In this document: positions 10,150 through 18,876 of the stretch, one piece after another | How positions within the stretch are numbered: position 1 is the first letter of the stretch | How the letters are laid out: every line of letters begins with the position of its first letter | Source: Methanobacteriota archaeon | GTDB lineage: Archaea; Thermoplasmatota; Poseidoniia; Poseidoniales; Poseidoniaceae | Length of the DNA: 64,000 nt | Direction: 5' to 3' | NCBI GenBank assembly: GCA_002722695.1 | Contig: PBMS01000029.1 | Coordinates: 5,724 to 69,723, forward strand | Translations under genes and position numbers: made by a program | The notes under the pieces: model-generated | Told to the model about the DNA's origin: nothing | The model's input: the letters and a program-made list of their open reading frames with translations, nothing else | Database searches by the model: none

Positions 10150-11430
10150 ATGCATCAAGCGGTTCGACCTGTGGACGCATCGGCCGTGGGTTTGGTCGAG
10201 CAGGCGCAAGACGCCACGGCACCACCGGGTTTGCTGTTCCACCACGCCAACGAAGGACGCCCACTCGCCACACCGTGGCAAATCGCCGCCCTCCGGGCCC
10301 AAGCTCTGCGAGAACACGACCTTGCGAACGGGTTCATTCTCGATTGCGCCTGCGGCAGTGGCATCCAACTCGCTGCATACGCAGCAACCCTCCAGCGACC
10401 CGTTCTGGGCGTTGAACTGGCACCAGAACGCGCCCAAGCAAGCGCTGTGAATGTGCGCTCGGTCGCCGCTCACACCAGGTCCATGGACGAGGCTTGGTTC
10501 CTGAACAGTTTCGTCGTTTGTGGGGACGGTACGGACGCAGAGGGCGTGCTTTCTTCCCTCGGAGAAGGAAGGTTCAGCGTATCGTTTCTCCACCTCGATC
10601 CCGCCCGTCCTCGAAACAGCAGAACACACGCGCTCGAGGAAATGCAACCGCCGTTGCATCGTGTTCTCGAGGGTTGGGCGCCGTACTTGGACGACCCGGC
10701 CCTTCTGTTGGATCTCTCGCCTCGGCTGACCTCCGACCAGCGAGACGAAGTTGAAACCATCGTCGATGCTGTTTGGCCAGGCGTTCAGCGCACGTGGGAA
10801 TGGACCTCTCGAGGAAGGGGGCGCGTTGACCGATTGGCGCTTTGGTTGGGGCGGGTTGCCGATCCCTCAGCTGCACGTCGGTTTGTTCGTGTACCGTCTT
10901 CGCTGGCCGACGCCCCGGTGGTGTTGACCAGCGCGGCCACTCCAGAAGCCATTGAGGCAAGGCATCACCCGCCTCAACGTGGGGAACACGTCAGCATCCT
11001 CGACGCAGCTCTGATGGAAAGCGGACTGATGACCGAGTGGCTGCGCATCGCCGCACCGGACGATGTCGGTCGCTGGGCGTGCGTGGAGGGGCGTCGCCCG
11101 CAGTTGCATCACGACCGACCGCTCCGATTGGATTCAGGCAGCCGCACGTTGGTGCAAGCCACTGGAAAAGTGGTGGAATTGCTGAAATTCCCGCTCGACG
11201 AATCCACCGTTGACCGTCTGGTGGAAACGGCGCTGGAACACCGACTCGGCTCGGTGAAATTGCGCTACGACCTCGCCCCGAACTTGCAACCGAAATTGCA
11301 GGGTTCCTTGGACCGACAACTTCGGCGGCGGCACGGTGACCGACAGGGCTTCGTGGCTCAGCATCCACACGGTGAGGTGTTGATGCTCTGTGTTTGTCCC
11401 AGTCCGGCCAGAGAAACCGATTCAATTTGA
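10150..11430 (+). CDS. class I SAM-dependent methyltransferase, probably RNA-acting, with THUMP-like C-terminus
   Basis: Motif I LDCACGSG, GVELAPERA and HLDPARPR, followed by LDLSP. Confidence 0.72.
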   Translation: MHQAVRPVDASAVGLVEQAQDATAPPGLLFHHANEGRPLATPWQIAALRAQALREHDLANGFILDCACGSGIQLAAYAATLQRPVLGVELAPERAQASAVNVRSVAAHTRSMDEAWFLNSFVVCGDGTDAEGVLSSLGEGRFSVSFLHLDPARPRNSRTHALEEMQPPLHRVLEGWAPYLDDPALLLDLSPRLTSDQRDEVETIVDAVWPGVQRTWEWTSRGRGRVDRLALWLGRVADPSAARRFVRVPSSLADAPVVLTSAATPEAIEARHHPPQRGEHVSILDAALMESGLMTEWLRIAAPDDVGRWACVEGRRPQLHHDRPLRLDSGSRTLVQATGKVVELLKFPLDESTVDRLVETALEHRLGSVKLRYDLAPNLQPKLQGSLDRQLRRRHGDRQGFVAQHPHGEVLMLCVCPSPARETDSI

Positions 11431-11538
11431 CAGGTTTTCAAGGCTCAGTGGCGCGAATCCATCCATCGCGGTCTTGATATATGGGAGGTTGGTCGGAGGG
11501 ATGCGTGACACTGTGGTGTTAACGTTGAGGTAGAGGAC

Positions 11539-12006
11539 ATGGCACGACCTAAGGATGCGGACCTTGGTGATGACTTTTCATACATTTTGCGAATGGCCGA
11601 TACCGACATGGACGGCCTGAAGCCCTTGGCAACGGCCTTGACCTCGGTCAAGGGTGTCGGCGCCCGCACCGCCGTTCAAATCTGCAAGAACACCGGATTT
11701 GACCCCTACGCTCTCGCCGGATTCCTCGACACCGAACAGCAAGAAAGTCTGCGTGTCGCGATTGAATCCTACGCCGAGAGCGTGCCCCTTTGGATGCTCA
11801 ACCGGCAGCGAGACCTCGAAACCGGCAACGAAGTTCACCTGACCGGTCAACAAGTCCGATTCACACTTCAAGACGACATCAACCGCCTTCGAACCATGAA
11901 GTGCTACCGCGGTGTCCGCCACGCCTCAGGCAACAAAGTTCGCGGCCAGCGCGGCCGCTCGAACGGCCGTGGTGGCTTGACCTTGGGTGTCAGCCGAAAG
12001 AAGTGA
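11539..12006 (+). CDS. rps13: 30S ribosomal protein uS13
   Basis: ALTSVKGVG, PLWMLNRQRDLETG, YRGVRH and VRGQRGRSNGR. Confidence 0.97.
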   Translation: MARPKDADLGDDFSYILRMADTDMDGLKPLATALTSVKGVGARTAVQICKNTGFDPYALAGFLDTEQQESLRVAIESYAESVPLWMLNRQRDLETGNEVHLTGQQVRFTLQDDINRLRTMKCYRGVRHASGNKVRGQRGRSNGRGGLTLGVSRKK

Positions 12007-12021
12007 TGAGGGGGATTTGAC

Positions 12022-12672
12022 ATGGGAGAGCCAAAGTTTTCACGACCCAAGTACGACACGCCTTCTCACCCCTGGAAGGCCGACCGAATTGAGGAAGAGC
12101 ACGCTATTCAAGGCAATCACGGACTCAAAAACATGAAGGAGATCTGGAAGGCCAAGTCCCAACTTCGACGCCACCGACGACAAGCCATGCGACTCATCGG
12201 AAACATCGACACCACCGAAGGCCACGGCAAGCGAGAACGGGAAGATCTTCTCCGCTCGCTGCACCACAAAGGCCTCATCGAGTCCGATGCCGACCTCGGC
12301 GACATTCTCTCTCTGAACACCGAGGATGTCCTCAACCGTCGCCTGCAAGCGCAAGTGTACTACAAGGGACTGGCCTGCACCATGAAGCAAGCTCGCCAGT
12401 TGGTCACGCACGGCCAAATCTGCATCGGCGACCAGAAAATCACCATCCCATCCTACGCAGTTGGCCGAGACGAGGAAGCCGAGCTCCGGTACCACCCCGC
12501 CTCCCCACTCAACGACCCCAACCACCCCATCCGCAAGGCCATTGAAGGTGTGCGAGAAGCAGCCTCCTACGAAGACGAAGACGTCAGCCCTGACGCTACC
12601 GCTGAGTTCGCCGAAGAAGTTCGTGAAGCGGCTGAGGCCTCGACCGAGGCCATTGAAGGGAGCGATGAATGA
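12022..12672 (+). CDS. rps4: 30S ribosomal protein uS4 with acidic C-terminal tail
   Basis: [37 protein letters not shown] and QARQLVTHG. Confidence 0.97.
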   Translation: MGEPKFSRPKYDTPSHPWKADRIEEEHAIQGNHGLKNMKEIWKAKSQLRRHRRQAMRLIGNIDTTEGHGKREREDLLRSLHHKGLIESDADLGDILSLNTEDVLNRRLQAQVYYKGLACTMKQARQLVTHGQICIGDQKITIPSYAVGRDEEAELRYHPASPLNDPNHPIRKAIEGVREAASYEDEDVSPDATAEFAEEVREAAEASTEAIEGSDE

Positions 12673-13055
12673 TGTCCCGGAAAGCCATTGTGAACATTTT
12701 CAGTTCGTACAACAACATTCTCATGACGGCCACGGACTTGACCGGAGCCGAAACCATCACCACGTGCAACGGCGGCGAAGTTGTGAAGGCCGGCAAGGAC
12801 AAAGGCGGCCAATTTGCAGCCACCCGTGCAGCCGAACGCATGGCTGACGCACTCAAGGACAAAGAATTCAAGGAACTCATCATCAAATATCGCGCCCCCG
12901 GTGGGAACCTCTCCAACAACACCGGTCCAGGAGCCCAAGCTGCCATTCGAGCACTGACCCGTGCCGGCATGACCATCACTCGAATTGAAGACGTGACGCC
13001 CATCGCCCACGACGGAACGAAAAAGAAGGGCGGTCGACGTGGCCGACGTGTCTGA
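12669..13055 (+). CDS. rps11: 30S ribosomal protein uS11
   Basis: [35 protein letters not shown] and GGRRGRRV. Confidence 0.97.
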   Translation: MMSRKAIVNIFSSYNNILMTATDLTGAETITTCNGGEVVKAGKDKGGQFAATRAAERMADALKDKEFKELIIKYRAPGGNLSNNTGPGAQAAIRALTRAGMTITRIEDVTPIAHDGTKKKGGRRGRRV

Positions 13056-13064
13056 AAAAAGAAG

Positions 13065-14006
13065 GTGAACTCCATGAAGACCGAGATCGTAGATGGCTGG
13101 CCACAAGGGAACGAAATTCGCATTTTGATCAGCGAAACCAACGCCTCCCAAGTGAACGCCATTCGTCGTGCACTCATCGCTGACGTGCCCAAGCTGGCCA
13201 TTACCCGAGTCGACTTCTCTCAGGGCGTTACGCAAGACAACAAGGGCGAAGTGGTTGAATCCGTGAACGTGCTTCCCGATGAAGTGCTGGCCCACCGACT
13301 TGCCATGATTCCCATCCCGACCAACCTTGAGGAGCCTCTCTATGAACCCAGCCAGTGCATCAACTGTAAAGACGTCATTGAGCGCGACAAGGGATGCCCC
13401 CTGTGCCAAGTGCTCTACACCCTCTCGGCTCGAGGCCCATCGGCGGATTCTGAAGAGGAATTCAAGACGGTGTATGCAGGAGACATCACCACCATTTCAG
13501 ACCCGTACTACGATATCCGGGATGAGCACAAGTCCATTCCGCTCACCGTTCTATCCAAGGGACAGTTTCTCGAGTTCTACGCCTTCGCTGTCGTTGGTCG
13601 AGGTCGCGACCACGCAAAGTGGTCCCCCGTCGCTGCGGTCGGCTTCCAACCTCACCGCATGGCCGTTCTGAACAAGCCCAAGAAGGCCAGCGTGCTGTTC
13701 GAACTTGGATTGACCACCTCTGACGGAACACCCATCAACGCCAAACTTTTCGGCAAGGACAAGAAATTGACCAACGTAAACCATGTCATGGACATCGAGC
13801 AAGCGCTCCATCAAGTGGGTGAAGGCACTGGACGAGACACGGCCTTTGACGATGCCATCACGCTTGAGACGATCGACGATTCGTTCGTGTTTTCGTACGA
13901 GACCGACGGAAGTCTGGACCCCGTGGTCGCCTTCAACGCCGCCCTCGGAGAACTCAAAAACCGATTTGACAATCTTGGCGAGGACTTGATGTCCGCACTC
14001 GCCTGA
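13065..14006 (+). CDS. rpo3: DNA-directed RNA polymerase subunit Rpo3 (D)
   Basis: NAIRRALIADVPKLAI, DEVLAHRLAMIPI, GRGRDHAKWSP and ETDGSLDP. Sits in the canonical S13-S4-S11-D order. Confidence 0.95.
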   Translation: MNSMKTEIVDGWPQGNEIRILISETNASQVNAIRRALIADVPKLAITRVDFSQGVTQDNKGEVVESVNVLPDEVLAHRLAMIPIPTNLEEPLYEPSQCINCKDVIERDKGCPLCQVLYTLSARGPSADSEEEFKTVYAGDITTISDPYYDIRDEHKSIPLTVLSKGQFLEFYAFAVVGRGRDHAKWSPVAAVGFQPHRMAVLNKPKKASVLFELGLTTSDGTPINAKLFGKDKKLTNVNHVMDIEQALHQVGEGTGRDTAFDDAITLETIDDSFVFSYETDGSLDPVVAFNAALGELKNRFDNLGEDLMSALA

Positions 14007-14053
14007 AACCTCCAGCGTGGAGTTCATCAGCCAACACCGCCTGGCGTGGAAGC

Positions 14054-15085
14054 ATGACGACCACCGTTCAGCGATGCGGCGGCCATATCACGTTGCTCTT
14101 CACCGTTGACAAGTCGAGTGCGTTGATGCGAAGTCAGGGCAGCAAAGGTGCCGGGTTTTCCATTCACCACGGCGTTGAGGTTACCGCCACCTTGCATCGC
14201 GTCCCCCCAACGTCAACCACGATCATGAACGGGGTTAAACCCGACAAACCTCAGGCACAACGGGAGATTGTCCCGTCCATCATCTCGGTTCAGACCGCTT
14301 CTGGAACGTACATGGAACGCATTGACCTCTATCTCGACTACATTCAGGCCTGCCGAGACGCAACCCTGCTGAAGGAAGACGAATGGCTCACGTTGGACAT
14401 CAGTCTCGAGTGCCCCCTCAGCCAGGGGTTTGGGATGTCGGCCGCAGGACTTGTGGCCGTCGGGCGTGCAGTCCACGCCCTCACTGGACGTGGACGAATC
14501 GTGCAATATCTCAAAATCGCTCACCGAGTTGAGCGAGCGCACGCCGGAGGCTTGGGCGATGTGCTGGGTGTGTCGGTGGGTGGGGTTGAACTTCGACTCG
14601 CACCGGGTGCACCGGGTTGGCCCGGACACGCTGTCGGTTTCGAGGCCGACGCCCCGGTGTTGTTGGCATGGGACCCGCTTGAGGAGCGACACACGTCCAC
14701 CTACATCGACGACCCGGATTGGCAGCGCTCGATCACCCTTGCGGGAGAAAAGGGTGTTGCGGCCCTTGCAGCAGGCCAGTGGACCGCACAACAGTGGCCC
14801 AGTCTTCTGCACGAGGCTCGCCTGTTTGCGACCGGTTCAGGGATGTTGGAGGAAGAGCAACGTGCCCGAATCCATCGAACCGTTCTAGAGGCCGTCCAGC
14901 AGGGAGGCTGGCAGGCCAGCATGGCGGTTCGTCTGTGCATGCTGGGAAGTTCGGTTGCGGTTCTACCTCGACGCTTTGGGAAAGAGCCTGCCCTTGAAGA
15001 GTTGGAAGCGCTGGAACAGCTCGTGCGGGAGCAGGGGTTTTCCTGTCTCATCTCCTCGTTGGCCCCGCTCAATCGTCAGGATTGA
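14054..15085 (+). CDS. archaeal pantoate kinase (GHMP kinase family)
   Basis: GHITLLF, GSKGAGF, PLSQGFGMSAAG, AHRVE, GLGDV and RLAPGAPG. Confidence 0.82.
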   Translation: MTTTVQRCGGHITLLFTVDKSSALMRSQGSKGAGFSIHHGVEVTATLHRVPPTSTTIMNGVKPDKPQAQREIVPSIISVQTASGTYMERIDLYLDYIQACRDATLLKEDEWLTLDISLECPLSQGFGMSAAGLVAVGRAVHALTGRGRIVQYLKIAHRVERAHAGGLGDVLGVSVGGVELRLAPGAPGWPGHAVGFEADAPVLLAWDPLEERHTSTYIDDPDWQRSITLAGEKGVAALAAGQWTAQQWPSLLHEARLFATGSGMLEEEQRARIHRTVLEAVQQGGWQASMAVRLCMLGSSVAVLPRRFGKEPALEELEALEQLVREQGFSCLISSLAPLNRQD

Positions 15086-16112
15086 GACGGCTGAGATCAA
15101 TGGGGCTGGCGTCGAGCATCAAGACACCCGGCAAAAACAGGTTTTCTGAGAACCCGTGGCGGAACATGATGGCCCCGCTCCCCCACTCCTCAATGTAGCG
15201 ATTCATCTGTTTCTTCATCTTCTTCCTCTGGAACTCCACGTCGGCCCCGTAGAAGTGTTTGGCGTCGATCCACGCAACCGGCTGGTCGTTGATGTAGACA
15301 TGGTCCAAAAACAGCAAGTCCGGTGTTCGAACCGGTCGGCCAAGAAGTTCGGATTGCTCTTTCACCATCTCGGGTTGGCGACGGAGGCGGATGCCTTGAG
15401 CCTCAAACCAATCCGCAAGGATGTCCTCAAACAAATCTGCCTTCACTTGAGTTTCCGATTGATCAACGCTCGAAACGCGATCGACGGCTTCCGCAGCCTC
15501 GAACTCATCCCGCTCCCTCTGCTTCATGGAGGAAGGGTTTCGCAGACTGTCCTTGATGCGTTTTTTTGACCACCCTATCGATTCCAGCACCACCCGGAAC
15601 ACGTTAACTGGAGGAAAATCGTACCGCTTTGACAATTCAACGATTGAGGCACCTGAACGATAGTGTCGAGCCAGTTCTTTGCTCTTGGACTTGAGTCGAT
15701 GGTGAGAATACACCGTTTTCTGCTGGAGCAACGCCGAGCGCAGGGACAAGGCTTGGTCGAGGGTCATGTCCTTCGCATCAAGGGCGTTGGCGATTTCATC
15801 CACGCGCTCGTCGCTCAGCCAGCCAAAATCGCCTCGCTTGACAACCATGCCAGCAACCCGTTCTTCGGCTTTTAGAGACACGGGTTCGGGCGTCCAGGAC
15901 AAATGAAACGTACGTGGTGCGTCCATGCCCTCGGGAAAGGCCATCGGGGAGGGGCGGCGTTCAAAACGCTGCTCTGCAACCTCGTTCATGCTGCGAATCT
16001 CTGAAGCAAAGCGTTCCATTTGGTGAACTCGTTTCGGTCCACCGTATCGCCGTTGCGAGGACGAACCGCGTCGCTGCTTTTGCCTTCGACGCTGGCCGTT
16101 TGAGTCACTCAT
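15069..16112 (-). CDS. TPD-domain (C15orf41/CDIN1-like) PD-(D/E)xK nuclease with HTH region
   Basis: LFEDIL, RTPDLLF, VAWIDAKHFYG, QMNRYIEEWGSGAIMFRHGF. Start MSDSN at 16112. Confidence 0.8.
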   Translation of the reverse strand: MSDSNGQRRRQKQRRGSSSQRRYGGPKRVHQMERFASEIRSMNEVAEQRFERRPSPMAFPEGMDAPRTFHLSWTPEPVSLKAEERVAGMVVKRGDFGWLSDERVDEIANALDAKDMTLDQALSLRSALLQQKTVYSHHRLKSKSKELARHYRSGASIVELSKRYDFPPVNVFRVVLESIGWSKKRIKDSLRNPSSMKQRERDEFEAAEAVDRVSSVDQSETQVKADLFEDILADWFEAQGIRLRRQPEMVKEQSELLGRPVRTPDLLFLDHVYINDQPVAWIDAKHFYGADVEFQRKKMKKQMNRYIEEWGSGAIMFRHGFSENLFLPGVLMLDASPIDLSRLNPDD

Positions 16113-16203
16113 GTTGGCCGCTTTGGCCGACACCCAATGAAGGCTCCCCTGCGCTTGGACGGTTACACGACGGGTTCTTATGGCAGAGCAGGTTGGTGAA
16201 ATC

Positions 16204-18876
16204 ATGAGATTCAGCGCCCTCTTTGCAGCGGTGGCTGTCTGCCTGCTGACCCTCGCTCCTCTCTCAACTTTTGAAACGGTGAGCGAGGAGAGGACGCTGG
16301 ACTCCAAACCTGTGATGCGGACCAATTCCGACAACCTAAGCGGTTGGCTGGCAAGCGCTGGCGGCTCAAGCTCAGAACGGGTTCAGGCCATGGTCCCCCT
16401 CCCAAACGGAAGCATGATCGTTGCGGGGATGTTTGAACAGAACATTGAATTCTACGGCGATGTTATCGGCTACTCGAGCAACGATTCCACGTTTGGCATC
16501 GACTTGTTCCTTGCATGGATCGACAGCAACGGCACGTGGACCGAGACCTTGTCCGCATCGAGCAGCGGACTGGACGGTATCGACGCCATGGGGCGTCTCA
16601 GCGATGGAAACGTGGTCGTCACCGGCACGTTTTGCGGCATGACGAAAGGGGATGCGTGCAACATGACGCTCGGTGGACTTGAACCGCTCAACAAATCGAA
16701 CGACGACGACGAGAACGCTGTTTTCGTGGCGGCCATGACGCCAACGGGTGGATGGATGTGGGCCACCTCCTTTTCCAACAACTACCAAATGTCGGTGATG
16801 GATTTACTCATCACGCCCAACGATGAGATCCACCTCGCGCTTCTCCACCGAGACACGTTGATGTCGGGTGATGATGTCGCCCCGGGAAGCCTCTCGGAGG
16901 ACACCGTTGCGGTCCTGATGCTCGACAGCAGTGGAAACCACATGCACATGAACACCGTGTTTTCAAGCGAGAGTCTCGAGGGGTTGGGCTCTCTGTGCAT
17001 GGATTACACCGGCCAAACCTACTTCGCAACCAGTTTCCTTGGCTCGATCAACTTTGGCGATCACGCCCTGACGAGCTTCGGAGGCTCCCACATCGCTGTT
17101 GGTCAATACAACTCAGGTGGCTGGCTTTGGGCCAGCGGGGCGGGCGGTACCAGCGATGCTTCCGTTGCGGATTGCGACGGTCGAAACAGCGGCGGTGTCG
17201 CCATTGTGGGCGATTTCATGCAAAATCTCACGTTTGGTGGGATTGAAATCAGCCCGTCGGTATGGGTTGATTTCTACGAAGCGCATGTTTCCTCAGACGG
17301 TACGTGGTTGCACGCCACCGGTTTTGGAGGCACGGGCGCAGACCATGCCACGGCCATCCACATCACCGAACAGGGCGATTCCATCGTTCTTGGGAAAACG
17401 ACCGGGACCATCGCCCTCGGAGAGTACACCCTGGCCGACATCGACGGGTTCAACGACGGAAACCATCACGATCTCTTCCTCGCCCGGCGCCAAGCCAACA
17501 GCACTTGGGATTGGGCGCTCTCGGCAGGAGGAGGGGGCGATGACCTGCCGGCCATGTTGAGCATGAGCGCCACCGGTTCTCCTGTGGTCGCCTTTGTTTC
17601 AAACGACGACGGAACCTACGGCGCCCACGACTTCACCCAGCGACAAGGCTACGATCTTGGTGTTTGGATGTACGAAACCGACCTTGACCTCGACGGTGTG
17701 CTGGACGGACTGGACAACTGTCCAAACACCGTCAACAGCGATCAAGCCAACCTTGACAACGATGCCTACGGGGATGCTTGCGACGACGATGACGACGGCG
17801 ACGGCGTGATGAACGACATGGACGATTGCCCAACCGGCGAGGTCGGGTGGGTGGCCAACGGGATTTCGGATCACGACAGCGATGGATGCAAAGACATCAC
17901 AGAAGACCTTGACGACGACGAAGACGGGGTCTTCGACGAGTACGATGCGTGCCCCAAAGGCCCGATTGGTTGGGTGTCAAACGAAGAGACCGACATTGAA
18001 TCGGACGGCTGTTCAGACCAAGACAACGATGAGGACGGCTTCGTTGATCAAGCCGACAACTGTCCGAGCGTGGCCAACCCCACCCAAGCCGATTTGGACA
18101 ACGATGGACTTGGCGATGCATGCGACGACGACAAAGACGGCGACGGCGTTTCTGTCCCCGACGACAACTGCCCCAACGACATTCAATCATGGGTTTCGTT
18201 TGAGTGGAACGACTACGACAGGGACGGGTGTCTTGATGAGACGTTAGACGAAGACGACGACGACGATTCGGTGTTGGACACCAACGACGCCTGCCCTCTT
18301 GGAGAAAAAAATTGGGGCGATGAGGCTGCGGCACTGGACAACGATGGCGACGGATGCCACGACGACCTTGAGGACAACGACGACGACCAAGACGGCGTAA
18401 AAGACCCCATCGATCGGTGCCCTCGCGGACTAATCGGCCCTGCGCAACCGGGACAAGACAACGACGGGGACGGCTGCATCGATGCTGTGGAAGACGATGA
18501 CGACGACCAAGACGGTGTGCTGGATCCGATGGATGACTGCCCCAACACGGACCTTTCCGAGTCGGTCTCACTCAATGGATGCAGCCAATACCAACTGGAC
18601 GGTGACAACGACGGCGTGGTCAACGCGTACGACTACTGCCTGAATTCGCCCGCGGGCAGCACGGTCAACGAACGCGGCTGCGAAACCAACCAGGTCGATG
18701 CCGCAAGTGATGCTCAAGGCGACGGGATAAGCCCGGCAACCGTCGTGTTCATCCTTGCCGCAGGCGTGGTGGTGTACGCCGTGTACAGCAACGCTCAACG
18801 ACCGGGGCCCCCGCTGCCGAAACCGGAAACATTTGCGATTCCACCGCGCCCCACGGTCATGGACGAAGAGGCCTGA
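16204..18876 (+). CDS. secreted, membrane-anchored protein: beta-propeller-like region plus thrombospondin type-3-like Ca-binding repeats
   Basis: Signal peptide, W.WA..AGG repeats, many DxDxDGxxDxxDxCP repeats, C-terminal TM helix and short Pro-rich tail. Confidence 0.88.
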   Translation: MRFSALFAAVAVCLLTLAPLSTFETVSEERTLDSKPVMRTNSDNLSGWLASAGGSSSERVQAMVPLPNGSMIVAGMFEQNIEFYGDVIGYSSNDSTFGIDLFLAWIDSNGTWTETLSASSSGLDGIDAMGRLSDGNVVVTGTFCGMTKGDACNMTLGGLEPLNKSNDDDENAVFVAAMTPTGGWMWATSFSNNYQMSVMDLLITPNDEIHLALLHRDTLMSGDDVAPGSLSEDTVAVLMLDSSGNHMHMNTVFSSESLEGLGSLCMDYTGQTYFATSFLGSINFGDHALTSFGGSHIAVGQYNSGGWLWASGAGGTSDASVADCDGRNSGGVAIVGDFMQNLTFGGIEISPSVWVDFYEAHVSSDGTWLHATGFGGTGADHATAIHITEQGDSIVLGKTTGTIALGEYTLADIDGFNDGNHHDLFLARRQANSTWDWALSAGGGGDDLPAMLSMSATGSPVVAFVSNDDGTYGAHDFTQRQGYDLGVWMYETDLDLDGVLDGLDNCPNTVNSDQANLDNDAYGDACDDDDDGDGVMNDMDDCPTGEVGWVANGISDHDSDGCKDITEDLDDDEDGVFDEYDACPKGPIGWVSNEETDIESDGCSDQDNDEDGFVDQADNCPSVANPTQADLDNDGLGDACDDDKDGDGVSVPDDNCPNDIQSWVSFEWNDYDRDGCLDETLDEDDDDDSVLDTNDACPLGEKNWGDEAAALDNDGDGCHDDLEDNDDDQDGVKDPIDRCPRGLIGPAQPGQDNDGDGCIDAVEDDDDDQDGVLDPMDDCPNTDLSESVSLNGCSQYQLDGDNDGVVNAYDYCLNSPAGSTVNERGCETNQVDAASDAQGDGISPATVVFILAAGVVVYAVYSNAQRPGPPLPKPETFAIPPRPTVMDEEA

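Noticed and set aside
9460..10659. 399-aa minus-strand ORF and many similar long shadow ORFs (e.g. 6235-7497, 28609-29541, 30616-31632)
   Set aside because: They are antisense to well-supported genes and have no motifs, as expected from GC-rich codon bias.
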